Assembly (NCBI GenBank): GCA_965648905.1
Contig: CBFGIT010000009.1
Span: 44,090-108,089, forward strand
DNA: 64,000 nt
Direction: 5' to 3'
DNA from: a candidate division WOR-3 bacterium
GTDB taxonomy: Bacteria; Hydrothermota; Tepidihabitantia; Tepidihabitantales; Tepidihabitantaceae
Shown here: positions 40,579 to 50,329 of the stretch, one piece after another
How positions within the stretch are numbered: the first letter of the stretch is position 1
How the letters are laid out: each line of letters starts with the position of its first letter
Notes under the pieces: model-generated
What the model was told of the DNA's origin: nothing
What the model saw: only the letters and a program-made list of their open reading frames with translations
Database searches by the model: none
Made by a program: the position numbers and the translations under genes

Positions 40579-41793
40579 ATGAGAAAGCACTTGTCGCAGG
40601 TCGTTCTAGCGTCTGTGATACTTGCCGGCTGGGTCGTGGCCTCGGCCCAGCAACAGCCGGTGATGAAGTCGGAACTGGTGTCGGCTCAGAACCGGTTTGG
40701 CCTGAACCTTCTGTCCCGACTCACCGAGGCCGACTACGGCAAGAACGTCTTCATCTCGCCTGTGAGTGTCGCGATGTGCCTTTCCATGGTCTACAACGGT
40801 GCGTCGGGCAAGACCCAGACCGACATGGCCCGCGCGCTTGAGCTTTCCGGCATAAGCCTGGGAACGCTCAACCAGACCAGTGCAGCACTGATGCAGGACC
40901 TGCTCGCCGCCGACCCCAAAGTCAAGCTGCAGATTGCCAATTCGCTCTGGGCAAGGAAGGGTATCGAGTTTCAGAAGCCGTTCCTGAGCGCGAACCAGCA
41001 GTACTTCAAGGCGAAAGCGACAACCCTCGACTTTGCTTCACCAGATGCGGCCAGGACCATCAACACCTGGGTCAGCGACAATACCAAAGGTCTTATCCGC
41101 TCGATTGTCGACCGCATCGACCCTCTGGATATCCTGTTTCTTATCAACGCCATCTACTTCAAAGGCACCTGGACCGAGCAGTTCGACAAGGCCCTGACCT
41201 ATGAGCGGGACTTCCACCGACTGGACGGCTCCACGGTGAAGCGTTGGATGATGAACCAGGACGGCAAGTACAACTACCTTGCTGCTGAAGGGTTTCAGGC
41301 AGTCAGCCTGCCTTATGGCTCAGGACGGCTGAGCATGTACCTGTTCGTGCCGGAGAAGAAAGACGGCCTGCCCCAACTGCTTGAGCAGTTGACTGCCTCG
41401 AACTGGGAAAAGTGGCTTTCTGGGTTCTATCGGATGAGCGGCGATGTGGTTCTGCCGCGCTTCAAGCTCGAATACGAGGCGTCGCTGAATCAGGCGCTCA
41501 AGGCACTGGGTATGGCCGATGCGTTCAACCCGAGTCAGGCCGACTTCTCGAAGATGGTGAAGCCGCCGATTCAGGCCTACATCAGCGAAGTGAAGCACAA
41601 GACGTTCGTCGAGGTCAACGAAGAAGGCACTGAGGCGGCGGCTGTGACCTCGACCCGAGTTGCCATGACCGCCATGCCCCCACGGCAGGAGAGGTTCTCG
41701 CTCGTCGCGGACCGGCCTTTCCTCTGTGCCATCAGAGACAACACCACTGGCGCGATTCTTTTCATCGGCGCTATCTACGACCCGGAGCAGTAG
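40579..41793 (+). CDS. secreted serpin
   Basis: NVFISPVS, NAIYFKGTW, VNEEGTEAAA hinge, ADRPF; AAGGAG RBS; signal peptide. Confidence 0.93.
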   Translation: MRKHLSQVVLASVILAGWVVASAQQQPVMKSELVSAQNRFGLNLLSRLTEADYGKNVFISPVSVAMCLSMVYNGASGKTQTDMARALELSGISLGTLNQTSAALMQDLLAADPKVKLQIANSLWARKGIEFQKPFLSANQQYFKAKATTLDFASPDAARTINTWVSDNTKGLIRSIVDRIDPLDILFLINAIYFKGTWTEQFDKALTYERDFHRLDGSTVKRWMMNQDGKYNYLAAEGFQAVSLPYGSGRLSMYLFVPEKKDGLPQLLEQLTASNWEKWLSGFYRMSGDVVLPRFKLEYEASLNQALKALGMADAFNPSQADFSKMVKPPIQAYISEVKHKTFVEVNEEGTEAAAVTSTRVAMTAMPPRQERFSLVADRPFLCAIRDNTTGAILFIGAIYDPEQ

Positions 41794-41940
41794 GCCGGTA
41801 CTGCGGCGCGGCTGCGCGCGTCAGCAGCGCGCCAGCAGCCCGGCCCGGCGCAGAATCTCGGCATTCATCCGGTACGAATCAGCGTGCCGTGTGTGTCCAA
41901 ACCAGGCGGCTGGAGACGCGCGCACCTAGCTGTCAGGACA

Positions 41941-42000
41941 TGGTTCGTTCCTGTTCCGATTGGCGCAGCGCAGGTTCCTGGGGTTGTTGTTCCGGGAACC
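41941..42000 (-). mobile_element. DGR template repeat fragment (relic)
   Basis: GGTTCCCGGAACAACAACCCCAGGAACCTGCGCTGCGCCAATCGGAACAGGAACGAACCA aligns ungapped to 42511-42570; 13 of 17 mismatches are at TR adenines. Confidence 0.8.
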
Positions 42001-42017
42001 GCGGCGCAGACACCGGC

Positions 42018-42319
42018 CGACGCCACTGTTCGATTGGCTGTCCTGACTGCTGCTTGCACGACTGTTTGAGTTTCGGCGCACGACATCGCACGCGGCACGA
42101 CTCGAAACAAGACTCCGGGTGGTTCGTGAACAGACACGTGCGACACCATGTCAAGCAAGGCCACATGGCACGCCTGCTCAACATCATCCCCAAGTGGGCG
42201 TCCGACTACTGCCTGGGAAGCCGGGGAGTCTTGCCGCCATCGTTATTTCTATCGCTTTGACCTGCCGTCACTTAGTTCGATTTCAGCGTATCTGGAGCGT
42301 GATAGTTATTACTGTCATG
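42018..42319 (-). repeat. Periodic intergenic element copy 2: palindrome leader plus 17 x 12-nt array
   Basis: Palindrome variant at 42298-42319, 69-nt gap, CTCCCCGG motif; units start with a purine in 16/17 and have a pyrimidine second in 15/17. Confidence 0.75.
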
Positions 42320-42390
42320 GGCCCAGTCACCGACCAAAAGCTGCAGGCTGGCGGCTGTCGGCTGCAGGCTGCCCGCCGTTTTTGCGGCCG

Positions 42391-42411
42391 AGCGGCGGCT
42401 TCGCCGCCGCT
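42391..42411. other. perfect hairpin about 50 nt downstream of the DGR target gene
   Basis: AGCGGCGGC-TTC-GCCGCCGCT. Confidence 0.6.
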
Positions 42412-42462
42412 AGAGGAAGACCAGATACTCAGATTTCCAGATTACCAGATTCACAGATAAGA

Positions 42463-43581
42463 CTACTGACGCAAGGAACAACGGAAGCCCAGACCGCCGT
42501 CCCGGTACGAAGGGCCGCCCCCGGCCCGATTAGCGCAGCGCAGGTACCTGGCACCGTAGTACCAGGAACCGCCACGGTTGACGCGGAACGAGCCAGACGA
42601 CGGCCCTTCCGGGTTGTTGCTCGGGCTTGTGCTGTAGTAGTTCTCGCCATACCAGTCATTGCACCACTCCCAGACATTGCCTGCCATGTCCAGACAGCCA
42701 TAGGGCGAAGCACCGGCAGGATACGTGCCAACCGGCGCAGTGTACAGATAGCCGTCATCATAGCCACTGATAACCGTCCAGTTCGGAAACTGCCGTTTTG
42801 CCGCTTCGTCGACAAAGTTGCCGTTGCGGCTGGAACCGGGCGCGCTGTTGCCCCAAGGATACTGCCGAGCGTCAGTGCCACGGGCTGCTTTCTCCCATTC
42901 GGCCTCGGTCGGCAGCCGCTTGCCCGCCCAGTCACAGTAGGCCTTGGCATCGTTCCACGACACGAGCACAACCGGGTGGTTTCTCGTGGCGTAACTGTAG
43001 TAAGTGCGCCAGCTCACTCCTTTCTTGTCTATCCACTTTGATGAATCCTTGTCGCAGACATAGCCTGAGCCGAGCCGCTCAGCATCAGTCTGGTGGCCGG
43101 TCGCCTTCACAAACCGCTCGAACTGCTCGTTCGTCACCTCGTACTTGTCGATGTAGTACTCGCTCAAGTAGACCTTGTGTTGCGGCCGCTCGTCGTTATC
43201 GCCCTCGCCCTCCGGACTGCCCATCCAGAATTCACCGGCCGGGATTCGTATCATCATCGACGAGTCTCTGAGCCAGAGGATTTCGTCATAGCCCTGGGCG
43301 TTGCGGCCCCGCGAGACATACTTTGCCCCGGCCAGAGCTGCTGGCTGTGAGCTCGTGGCTGTTGGCGCCTTGGGTTTGGGCTTGGGCTTCTCGACCGGCT
43401 TGAGCCGGACCGGGCCGCCCGCGGAGTCCTCGCACTCGGCGCAGAAGTTCTGGTCGTCGTCGTACTCCCTGCCGCACTTCGGACACTTCTTCGCGCCAAG
43501 GAACACGAGGGCAAGAGCGAAGAGGAGAATGACGAACGCCAACCGCTGCCCGGCCGTCAAGATAACTCTTTGCCTCGGCAT
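42463..43581 (-). CDS. FGE-sulfatase/CLec-fold protein with N-terminal TM and zinc ribbon; DGR target with C-terminal VR
   Basis: PAGEFWMGS, EVTN, HPVVLVSWNDA, RLPTEAEWEKAARG, DMAGNVWEW, RGGSW...GFRC. Confidence 0.9.
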   Translation of the reverse strand: MPRQRVILTAGQRLAFVILLFALALVFLGAKKCPKCGREYDDDQNFCAECEDSAGGPVRLKPVEKPKPKPKAPTATSSQPAALAGAKYVSRGRNAQGYDEILWLRDSSMMIRIPAGEFWMGSPEGEGDNDERPQHKVYLSEYYIDKYEVTNEQFERFVKATGHQTDAERLGSGYVCDKDSSKWIDKKGVSWRTYYSYATRNHPVVLVSWNDAKAYCDWAGKRLPTEAEWEKAARGTDARQYPWGNSAPGSSRNGNFVDEAAKRQFPNWTVISGYDDGYLYTAPVGTYPAGASPYGCLDMAGNVWEWCNDWYGENYYSTSPSNNPEGPSSGSFRVNRGGSWYYGARYLRCANRAGGGPSYRDGGLGFRCSLRQ

Positions 43582-43696
43582 GCACCAAATCTAGCTGGCG
43601 GGCGGGATTTGTCAATACACTTAGGCAGCTTCGTCTTGCGGACAGAAATCATACGGGGCAGCGCAGATGCGCTGCCCCGTAGAGTGAACGTCACAA

Positions 43697-46591
43697 TTAG
43701 TCGGACAGAACCACTTTGCCCCAGGCCTCGGCTCCGGCTGAGCGAACCCGGTAGAAGTAGATACCGGGCGCAACACTCCGGCCTGAGCCGTCACGGCCAT
43801 CCCAGGGGAAACTGGCCTGTGCCGAAACCTGCCGTGCCGAAGCCAGCTCGCGCACTGCCCGACCGTTGTTGTCAAAGACCTTCAGGTCAACATTGCCCGG
43901 CTGCGCCAGCCTGACCGAGAGCACTGTGCCGCGCGTGAACGGGTTGGGCCACGCGCTGACAATGATTCGGCTGTTCTCGCTTCGGGGCGCGGGTCGGCTC
44001 TCCTCGATGCCGACACCGTAGTTGAACCCGACGACCTTGAAGATGCGGTTGTTGCCGCCGGTCTGGTCCTCCATGATCGATATCCAGTAGGAACCGTCGC
44101 GCGGGTCGTATTCGATGCCGCGCACGTTCCAGGAGCTGTTGGAGAACTTGAACCGGTTACGCAGGGTGAAGCTGACCCGGTCAATCTCAAGCATTCCGAT
44201 TGAGTCAATCGCGGTGCCGCCGGTGTTGAACCACGTGAAGATGTTCAGCACCGAAGGTGTGTTGACCGGGCAGCGGTCGTCAAGCGCGAGGCAGCGTGAG
44301 CCGTAGTAGCCGCTGACCGGGTGGATTATGGTATCCAGAATCGCGCCGGTCGTATCGTAGACAAAGACGCGCTGCTGGGTCTGACCCGACAGGCGCCGGT
44401 CGGTGAGGTAGATGAGATGCTCGTCGTCGTGCTCGACGATGCCGCAAGGGTAATCGGCCTGCGGCACGTTGAACTGACGCACGACCGAGCCGGTCGGTGT
44501 TATCTTGTAGACCCGCTTGCTTGAGTTCGCCACCACCCAGAAAGTATTGTCATACGCGCAGTAGTCGAGGTCGGTACAGGAGTCCTCAGGCAAGGTCACC
44601 GTGCCCTGCGGGGTCAGCAGGCTGTCGGACGAGTACTTGTAGATGGTCGGCTGCATGAAGTACATCGCATAGAGCAGGTTGTCGTTCGTGTTGTACGCCA
44701 TGCCATAAAGACCCCAGTCGGTCGGCATGTTCGAACAGACCCGCGGACCCCAGATAATCTCGCCGGGCTGGGGCGGGGGCGTACCGACGCGCAGCGCAAT
44801 CGGCAGCCGGGCAGTGTAGTCGGCGCTGTCGCCGGTGACAACCAGAGTACAGGAGATGACCGTACCCGGTGGAATCGTGCCGCCAGCCCGGACCTCAAGC
44901 CGGTCCAGCGTGTTTGTCGCCTCACCGCCTGAGGCGATGTTGCCCCAGGTACCGGTCGAGTCGGTCACGGTCAGGCGTGCATCGGTTGAACGGAATACGC
45001 CGGTGACGTTGTTGCATGCCGAGCCGCCTGAGTTGCGCAGGGTCATCTGCAGCCGGGCAACTTCACCCGGGTCAACCTGGCCGTTGTTGTTGCCGCCGGG
45101 CGGCGAGTCGAGGACCGTGGTCGCCCGGAGAATCAGCATCGGCCCGCCCGAGCCGGTCACGTAGTTCACCGCCGCAAGCGCATCAATCCGGCCCGCGCCG
45201 TAGTCGTTGTCCTTGCCCGACGGCCCACGGTCAACCGCGGTAATCTCAAGGATTGAGTCAACCACTGCCGGGGTCAGGGCCGGGTTCTTAGACAGCATCA
45301 AGCAGACCGCACCGGCAACGTGCGGGGTTGCCATCGAGGTTCCGGACATGGTCGTGTAGCCGCCGGTTCGCGCACAAGACTTAATGTTATCACCCGGTGC
45401 TGAGACATCAGGCCGGGTCAAGCCGGGTGGATAAGGATAGTCGTTATACGGCGGGACGTTCGCCCAAGTAACTGGTCCGCGGCTCGAAAACGACGCATAG
45501 TTGTCGCTCGCATCGGTCGCACCGATCGACATAATGCCGGACAGGGTGCCGGTACCTGTGTTCTGGGGATTCCACCATGGCGGCGGCACGTTGCCCGGAC
45601 ACCGGCATGAGTTCGGCGGCGACAACGAACGCTCGTTGCCCGCGGCGACAATCTGGCACAGACCCGCAGCATTGACGTTGTCTGCGGTCTGACGCCAGGT
45701 TGCCTGGTGCGGGTTCCAGGAAATCTGCCAGCCGAGCGACATCGTGTACAGGTCAGCACCGTTTGCCGGCGAAAGCGGCGGCGCAACACAGAACTGCATC
45801 GCCTGCCAGCACTGGCTCTCAGCCACTGAGTCCGCAGTCGTCCGCACCCGGCAAACCATGATCTGGGCGTCGGGCGCAACACCACACTGGCTGCCCGATG
45901 TCCCGTCGCTTGCCACGCTGCCGGCTGTGTGCGTACCATGGCCCTGGGCGTCGTTCGGGTCGTTGTTGTTGTTCTCGAAGTTCCACCCGTGGTTCGGATA
46001 GTTCGGGTCGGTCCACATGTGGTCGGCCAGGTCAGGATGGGTGTAGTTGCAGCCGGTGTCAATGTGGCCGCAGATGATTCCCTGGCCGGTGTAGCCCTGA
46101 GACCAGACCGCGGGCGCGTTCACCCGCTCCACACCCCAGGCAATTTCGTCCTGTCCGTCGGTCGGCTCTTCCGGTTCCAATAGGTCGGGCGCATATGCCA
46201 GGTCGTAGTTGACGTAGTTCACCTCGGCCCGTTGAGAAAGAGCCTCGATGACCTCTGGTGTCGCCTCGCAGTAGACCGCATTGATAATCCAGAGCGGCCG
46301 CACGTCCGCAACCGTTCCCTGTGCCTGCTCCGCCTCAAGCCAGGCAAGCAGCGCCTGCTGTTGCCCGGCCGAGAAGTCCTGCAGGATACGCGCCACTTCG
46401 ACCCGGCGTTGAGCACGGGGCATGCCGTCAACCAGTTGGTTGAGCAGTCCGGCATCAAACTGCTCTTTCAATACAACGTGCACCGGCAAACGGGCGCCGG
46501 TCTGCGCCGTTGCCATGTGCCGCTCAAGCTCGGGCGTGATGGTCGCAAAACCCGCCGCCACGAGCAGCAGTAAGAGCATCAGTCTCTTCAC
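43697..46591 (-). CDS. secreted S8 subtilase with FlgD-like C-terminal domain
   Basis: IDTG, GHGTHTAG, AAGNE and SGTSMATPHVAG catalytic motifs; PNPF...WDGRD...GIYF tail. Confidence 0.92.
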   Translation of the reverse strand: MKRLMLLLLLVAAGFATITPELERHMATAQTGARLPVHVVLKEQFDAGLLNQLVDGMPRAQRRVEVARILQDFSAGQQQALLAWLEAEQAQGTVADVRPLWIINAVYCEATPEVIEALSQRAEVNYVNYDLAYAPDLLEPEEPTDGQDEIAWGVERVNAPAVWSQGYTGQGIICGHIDTGCNYTHPDLADHMWTDPNYPNHGWNFENNNNDPNDAQGHGTHTAGSVASDGTSGSQCGVAPDAQIMVCRVRTTADSVAESQCWQAMQFCVAPPLSPANGADLYTMSLGWQISWNPHQATWRQTADNVNAAGLCQIVAAGNERSLSPPNSCRCPGNVPPPWWNPQNTGTGTLSGIMSIGATDASDNYASFSSRGPVTWANVPPYNDYPYPPGLTRPDVSAPGDNIKSCARTGGYTTMSGTSMATPHVAGAVCLMLSKNPALTPAVVDSILEITAVDRGPSGKDNDYGAGRIDALAAVNYVTGSGGPMLILRATTVLDSPPGGNNNGQVDPGEVARLQMTLRNSGGSACNNVTGVFRSTDARLTVTDSTGTWGNIASGGEATNTLDRLEVRAGGTIPPGTVISCTLVVTGDSADYTARLPIALRVGTPPPQPGEIIWGPRVCSNMPTDWGLYGMAYNTNDNLLYAMYFMQPTIYKYSSDSLLTPQGTVTLPEDSCTDLDYCAYDNTFWVVANSSKRVYKITPTGSVVRQFNVPQADYPCGIVEHDDEHLIYLTDRRLSGQTQQRVFVYDTTGAILDTIIHPVSGYYGSRCLALDDRCPVNTPSVLNIFTWFNTGGTAIDSIGMLEIDRVSFTLRNRFKFSNSSWNVRGIEYDPRDGSYWISIMEDQTGGNNRIFKVVGFNYGVGIEESRPAPRSENSRIIVSAWPNPFTRGTVLSVRLAQPGNVDLKVFDNNGRAVRELASARQVSAQASFPWDGRDGSGRSVAPGIYFYRVRSAGAEAWGKVVLSD

Positions 46592-46740
46592 TATGGTCCT
46601 CCATCAGGCTTTCTCACGGCTGGCATCCGGGCCAACGTCCGCCCGCGGCCGTCGTCCAGCCGGGTAGCTCGACAACGATTGTAGCCATACCGGGCCTCTA
46701 GTCAAACCGGCGCGCCGGTTGCTCGGCGCGCGCCTGCCGG

Positions 46741-47589
46741 TCAGGTCGCTTCGAAGTCGAGCGCGATGTCCACGGCCGGCGCTGAGTGGGTGACGGCCCC
46801 GACCGAAATGAAGTCAACGCCGGTCTCGGCAATCCTTCTGACCCGCTCCAGCGTCACGCCACCGGAAGCCTCGGTCCGGGCACGACCTCGACAGAGCTGA
46901 ACTGCCCGCCGCAACTGAGCAAGGCTCATATTGTCCAGCAGCAGCCGTCTCGCACCAGCAGCAAGAGCTTCCTTCACCTGGTCGATGTTCGTGACTTCAA
47001 CCTCAACTTCCAGCCTGGAACGGCGACACGCGGCCAGCGCCGAGCTGACCGAACCGGCAACGGCGATGTGATTGTCTTTGATGAGCACCATGTCGTAGAG
47101 CCCCATTCGGTGATTGCCGCCACCGCCGCACCGAACCGCGTACTTCTCAAGCGCGCGCCAGCCTGGCGTTGTCTTGCGGGTATCGAGGATGACCGCACCG
47201 GTTCCAAGTACCGCTCGGACGTAGCGGTGCGTCAGAGTCGCGATGCCGGACAGACGCTGGACGAAGTTGAGCGCGGTCCGCTCCGCGGACAGGAGCGAGC
47301 GGGCGCGGCCCCGAACCTCGGCCAGCACGGTGCCCGGCCCAAACACCGTGCCGTCCTTGAGCCGACGACAAAACCGGACCGATGGGTCAATTGCTGAGAA
47401 GACCTGGCGACAGATGTCCATGCCGCAGAGCACACCCGGCTCCCGGGCCACGATGCGCGCCCGCGCGCTCCGCTGGGCCGGCACGACCAATCGGGAAGTG
47501 ACGTCACCCGGGCCCAGGTCCTCAGCCAGCGCGCTCTGGATCAGGCGTCGGACAGCTCTGCTGGCTGGCGGCCGACCGCCGACAGTCAT
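46741..47589 (-). CDS. nadC: quinolinate phosphoribosyltransferase
   Basis: AERTALN, DTRKTTPG, HRMGL.D..LIKDNH, LLDN, EASGG. Confidence 0.95.
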   Translation of the reverse strand: MTVGGRPPASRAVRRLIQSALAEDLGPGDVTSRLVVPAQRSARARIVAREPGVLCGMDICRQVFSAIDPSVRFCRRLKDGTVFGPGTVLAEVRGRARSLLSAERTALNFVQRLSGIATLTHRYVRAVLGTGAVILDTRKTTPGWRALEKYAVRCGGGGNHRMGLYDMVLIKDNHIAVAGSVSSALAACRRSRLEVEVEVTNIDQVKEALAAGARRLLLDNMSLAQLRRAVQLCRGRARTEASGGVTLERVRRIAETGVDFISVGAVTHSAPAVDIALDFEAT

Positions 47590-47595
47590 GCGGCT

Positions 47596-48015
47596 TTAGG
47601 CAGGTTTGGCTTCTGGAGCGGCAGGCTCGGGCGGAGACGTGGCAGCCGGTTGCTTGGGGCCGAGCAGTTCGTTGATCTTGGCCTGAAGCACTTCTGGCTC
47701 AAACGGCTTGGTGACATAAGCATCGGCGCCCATGTCCACGCCTCGGCGCATGTCATCGGGTGACGAACGGGCACTGAAGATGATTATCGGAATCTCGGCC
47801 ATGCCGCTCGACTTGAGCAGCCGGCAGACCGTGTAGCCGTCCATTTTCGGTATCATCAGGTCAAGGATAATAAGTTCCGGATGAAACGCCCGCGCCTTGG
47901 CCACCGCGGTGAACCCGTCTGCCGCAGTCTCAATCTTGTGCCCCCATTGCTCGAGCCGGCCCGAAACCAGCTCGCGCAGGTTGGCTTCGTCCTCAACCAG
48001 CAGAATCCTGGCCAT
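47596..48015 (-). CDS. single-domain response regulator
   Basis: LLVED, ILDLMIPKMDG, SAR, YVTKPF. Confidence 0.9.
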   Translation of the reverse strand: MARILLVEDEANLRELVSGRLEQWGHKIETAADGFTAVAKARAFHPELIILDLMIPKMDGYTVCRLLKSSGMAEIPIIIFSARSSPDDMRRGVDMGADAYVTKPFEPEVLQAKINELLGPKQPAATSPPEPAAPEAKPA

Positions 48016-48020
48016 CGACT

Positions 48021-49481
48021 CTACAGGTTCTCCTTGATTGGCAGGATGAAACTGAAGCTGGCACCCTCACCCAGTTTGCTGTGCGCCCAGACCCGACCAT
48101 GGTGCAGCTCAACAATCGAGCGGACAATCGCCAGGCCGAGCCCGATGCCCGGGCCGTGCGGGTCCACCCGCTCGAACTTGCCGAATATCCGGTCGAGGAA
48201 CTCGGCGGGAATGCCCGGGCCCGAGTCGGATATCGTGACCTGAACGTAGCCGGTGTTGGTCAGCGTGCCGCTGTGGGCAAGGAGGGGCGAAGTGGGGTCA
48301 ACGAAACTGATGTCCACCTTGATTGTGCCGCCGACCGGCGAGTACTTGATCGCGTTGTCCAGCAGATTGTTGAACACCCGCAGCAGCCGGTCGCGGTCGC
48401 CGAGTATCGGCGGCATGCGCGGCGGGATCGTGCGTTCGATGCTCAGATTGCGCTTGTTGATGAGCAGCGACATGCTCTCGATCGCGGTCGAGAGCAGCTC
48501 GGCCAGGTCGACGCCGTCGAGCCGGAGCACGGTCTTGCCTGCCTCCATGCGTGAGACCTCAATCAGATTATCAATCATCCGGTTGAGTCGGTCAATCTCC
48601 TCGCGGGCAATGGTCAGGTATCGGCGCTGCCGCTCCTCAAGCCGCATCGCCGCGGTCTCGGACAGAAGCGACATCGCTTCCTTGATGGCGGCCAAGGGCG
48701 TCCTCAGGTCATGCGACAGCATCGCGATGAAATCGGTTCGGGCACGCTCGGCCTGCTTCAGGGCCGATACGTCGCGCAGGAAACAAAGCAGAATCGGCTT
48801 GCCGTCGGACTTGATCGGTACAATCCGCAGCTCACACTCAATCTCGTGTCCGGTGCGGTTGACCAGCCGCACCTCGTGGTGAACCGGCATCAGCACGCTG
48901 CCCGGTTCGGCAACGATCTGAGCAACGTTCTTTCGGTCTCGGGCCGATATCAGTCGGTCCAAGCCGAGCCGTGCAACCTGGGACGAGGAGTAACCGGCCA
49001 GCTCCTCAAAACGACGGTTGACGTAGACGATACGACCATTCTCAACAATGCAGATGCCGTCCACCGAGTTCTCCATCACCTCTCGACTGGTCGCATCGGC
49101 CACGTTTGTACTGGTACGCGTGCCCACGGCCCGGATTGCGGTCCCGACGAACCAGGCAGAGTCTCCGGTCTTACGGCGGGCAATGGCAACGCTGACCGGG
49201 ACATGCTCGTTGTTTCGGTTGACAATGAAGGAATCGCCCAAGCCGCGCATCTCGGCATCGAACTTCGTACGGGTCAGTCGGGCAACCTCGCCCGCAGGAA
49301 ACAGCTCACGCCAGCTCTTGCCGACGAGAATGTCGGCACTCTCAAAGCCGGCAAGCCGGGCGAGCGCCCGGTTGGCAAAGACAATCCGGCCGTTTCCGTC
49401 TGCGACCCAGATACCCTCCTGGAGGTCGTTCAAGAACTCGCGACCGCCAGTGAGCGCATCAAGGTTCAATTTTTCAGGCAC
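48021..49481 (-). CDS. cytoplasmic PAS-PAS histidine kinase
   Basis: Two PAS-like segments; SHDLRTPL, NLLDNAIKY, DSGPGI, GIGLGL boxes. Confidence 0.92.
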   Translation of the reverse strand: MPEKLNLDALTGGREFLNDLQEGIWVADGNGRIVFANRALARLAGFESADILVGKSWRELFPAGEVARLTRTKFDAEMRGLGDSFIVNRNNEHVPVSVAIARRKTGDSAWFVGTAIRAVGTRTSTNVADATSREVMENSVDGICIVENGRIVYVNRRFEELAGYSSSQVARLGLDRLISARDRKNVAQIVAEPGSVLMPVHHEVRLVNRTGHEIECELRIVPIKSDGKPILLCFLRDVSALKQAERARTDFIAMLSHDLRTPLAAIKEAMSLLSETAAMRLEERQRRYLTIAREEIDRLNRMIDNLIEVSRMEAGKTVLRLDGVDLAELLSTAIESMSLLINKRNLSIERTIPPRMPPILGDRDRLLRVFNNLLDNAIKYSPVGGTIKVDISFVDPTSPLLAHSGTLTNTGYVQVTISDSGPGIPAEFLDRIFGKFERVDPHGPGIGLGLAIVRSIVELHHGRVWAHSKLGEGASFSFILPIKENL

Positions 49482-49702
49482 TTATGCGTCTCCTGGTAGC
49501 TTTCATGAGTTTTGAGCGCGACCCAATGGTATCGCGCTGTCCTGTAACTCGAGGACAGAGAGACTGCCACGAACATCACAGTTTACCGCGCTCAGACGGC
49601 AAGTCAACCACGAGTGTTGCCCGTACTCATAACGACTGAGTTCCCAGGTCAGCGCCTTGGATTGTTTGACGGAACCCGGCTCGGCGCTTAGAATCACCCT
49701 CC

Positions 49703-50329
49703 ATGAAGCTCGACGTCGGCGCGACGCGCATGAACCTGATGCGGCTGAAGAAGCGGCTCCTCTTGGCTCGCCGTGGGCACAAGCTGCTCAAGGACAAGCA
49801 GGAAGAACTGATGCGCCAGATTCTCGCTCTGATTGAAGAAACCCGGACTCATCGTGCCCGGGTCGAACAGGAGATGCGGCGTATCCTCGGACGTTTTGCC
49901 GTGGCCCGCAGCGCGTTCCCAACCGAGTACCTGGACGAGGCCGTGATGCTGCCGTCAAAGCGGGTGTCAGTCACGGTAACAACCCGCAATATCATGAACG
50001 TCAAGGTGCCGGTGTTTCACAAAGAGGTATCAGGCCGGACCCGCTGCTACGGCATGGCGACGACCTCCAGCGAACTCGACTTCGCCCTGCTTGCGCTCGA
50101 TGACCTGCTCGACCCGCTCCTGACCCTTGCTGAACAGGAAAAGGCGCTCGAGCTCCTGGCTGACGAAATGGAGAAAACTCGGCGCCGGGTGAACGCCTTG
50201 GAGTTCGTCCTCATCCCGAGCATCGAAGAGACGGTCAAGTTCATCAACCTCAAACTGGCCGAGACCGAGCGCGGCGAGCTGACCCGGCTGATGCGGGTCA
50301 AGGAAATCATCCGGGGGGAAGAGAGATGA
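49703..50329 (+). CDS. V/A-type ATP synthase subunit D
   Basis: TRMNL...RRGHKLLKDK, EKTRRRVNALE motifs. Confidence 0.92.
   Translation: MKLDVGATRMNLMRLKKRLLLARRGHKLLKDKQEELMRQILALIEETRTHRARVEQEMRRILGRFAVARSAFPTEYLDEAVMLPSKRVSVTVTTRNIMNVKVPVFHKEVSGRTRCYGMATTSSELDFALLALDDLLDPLLTLAEQEKALELLADEMEKTRRRVNALEFVLIPSIEETVKFINLKLAETERGELTRLMRVKEIIRGEER

Noticed and set aside
42010..42330. avd remnant between the DGR target and TR
   Set aside because: No Avd-like four-helix sequence or GGW motif was found in the frames examined.
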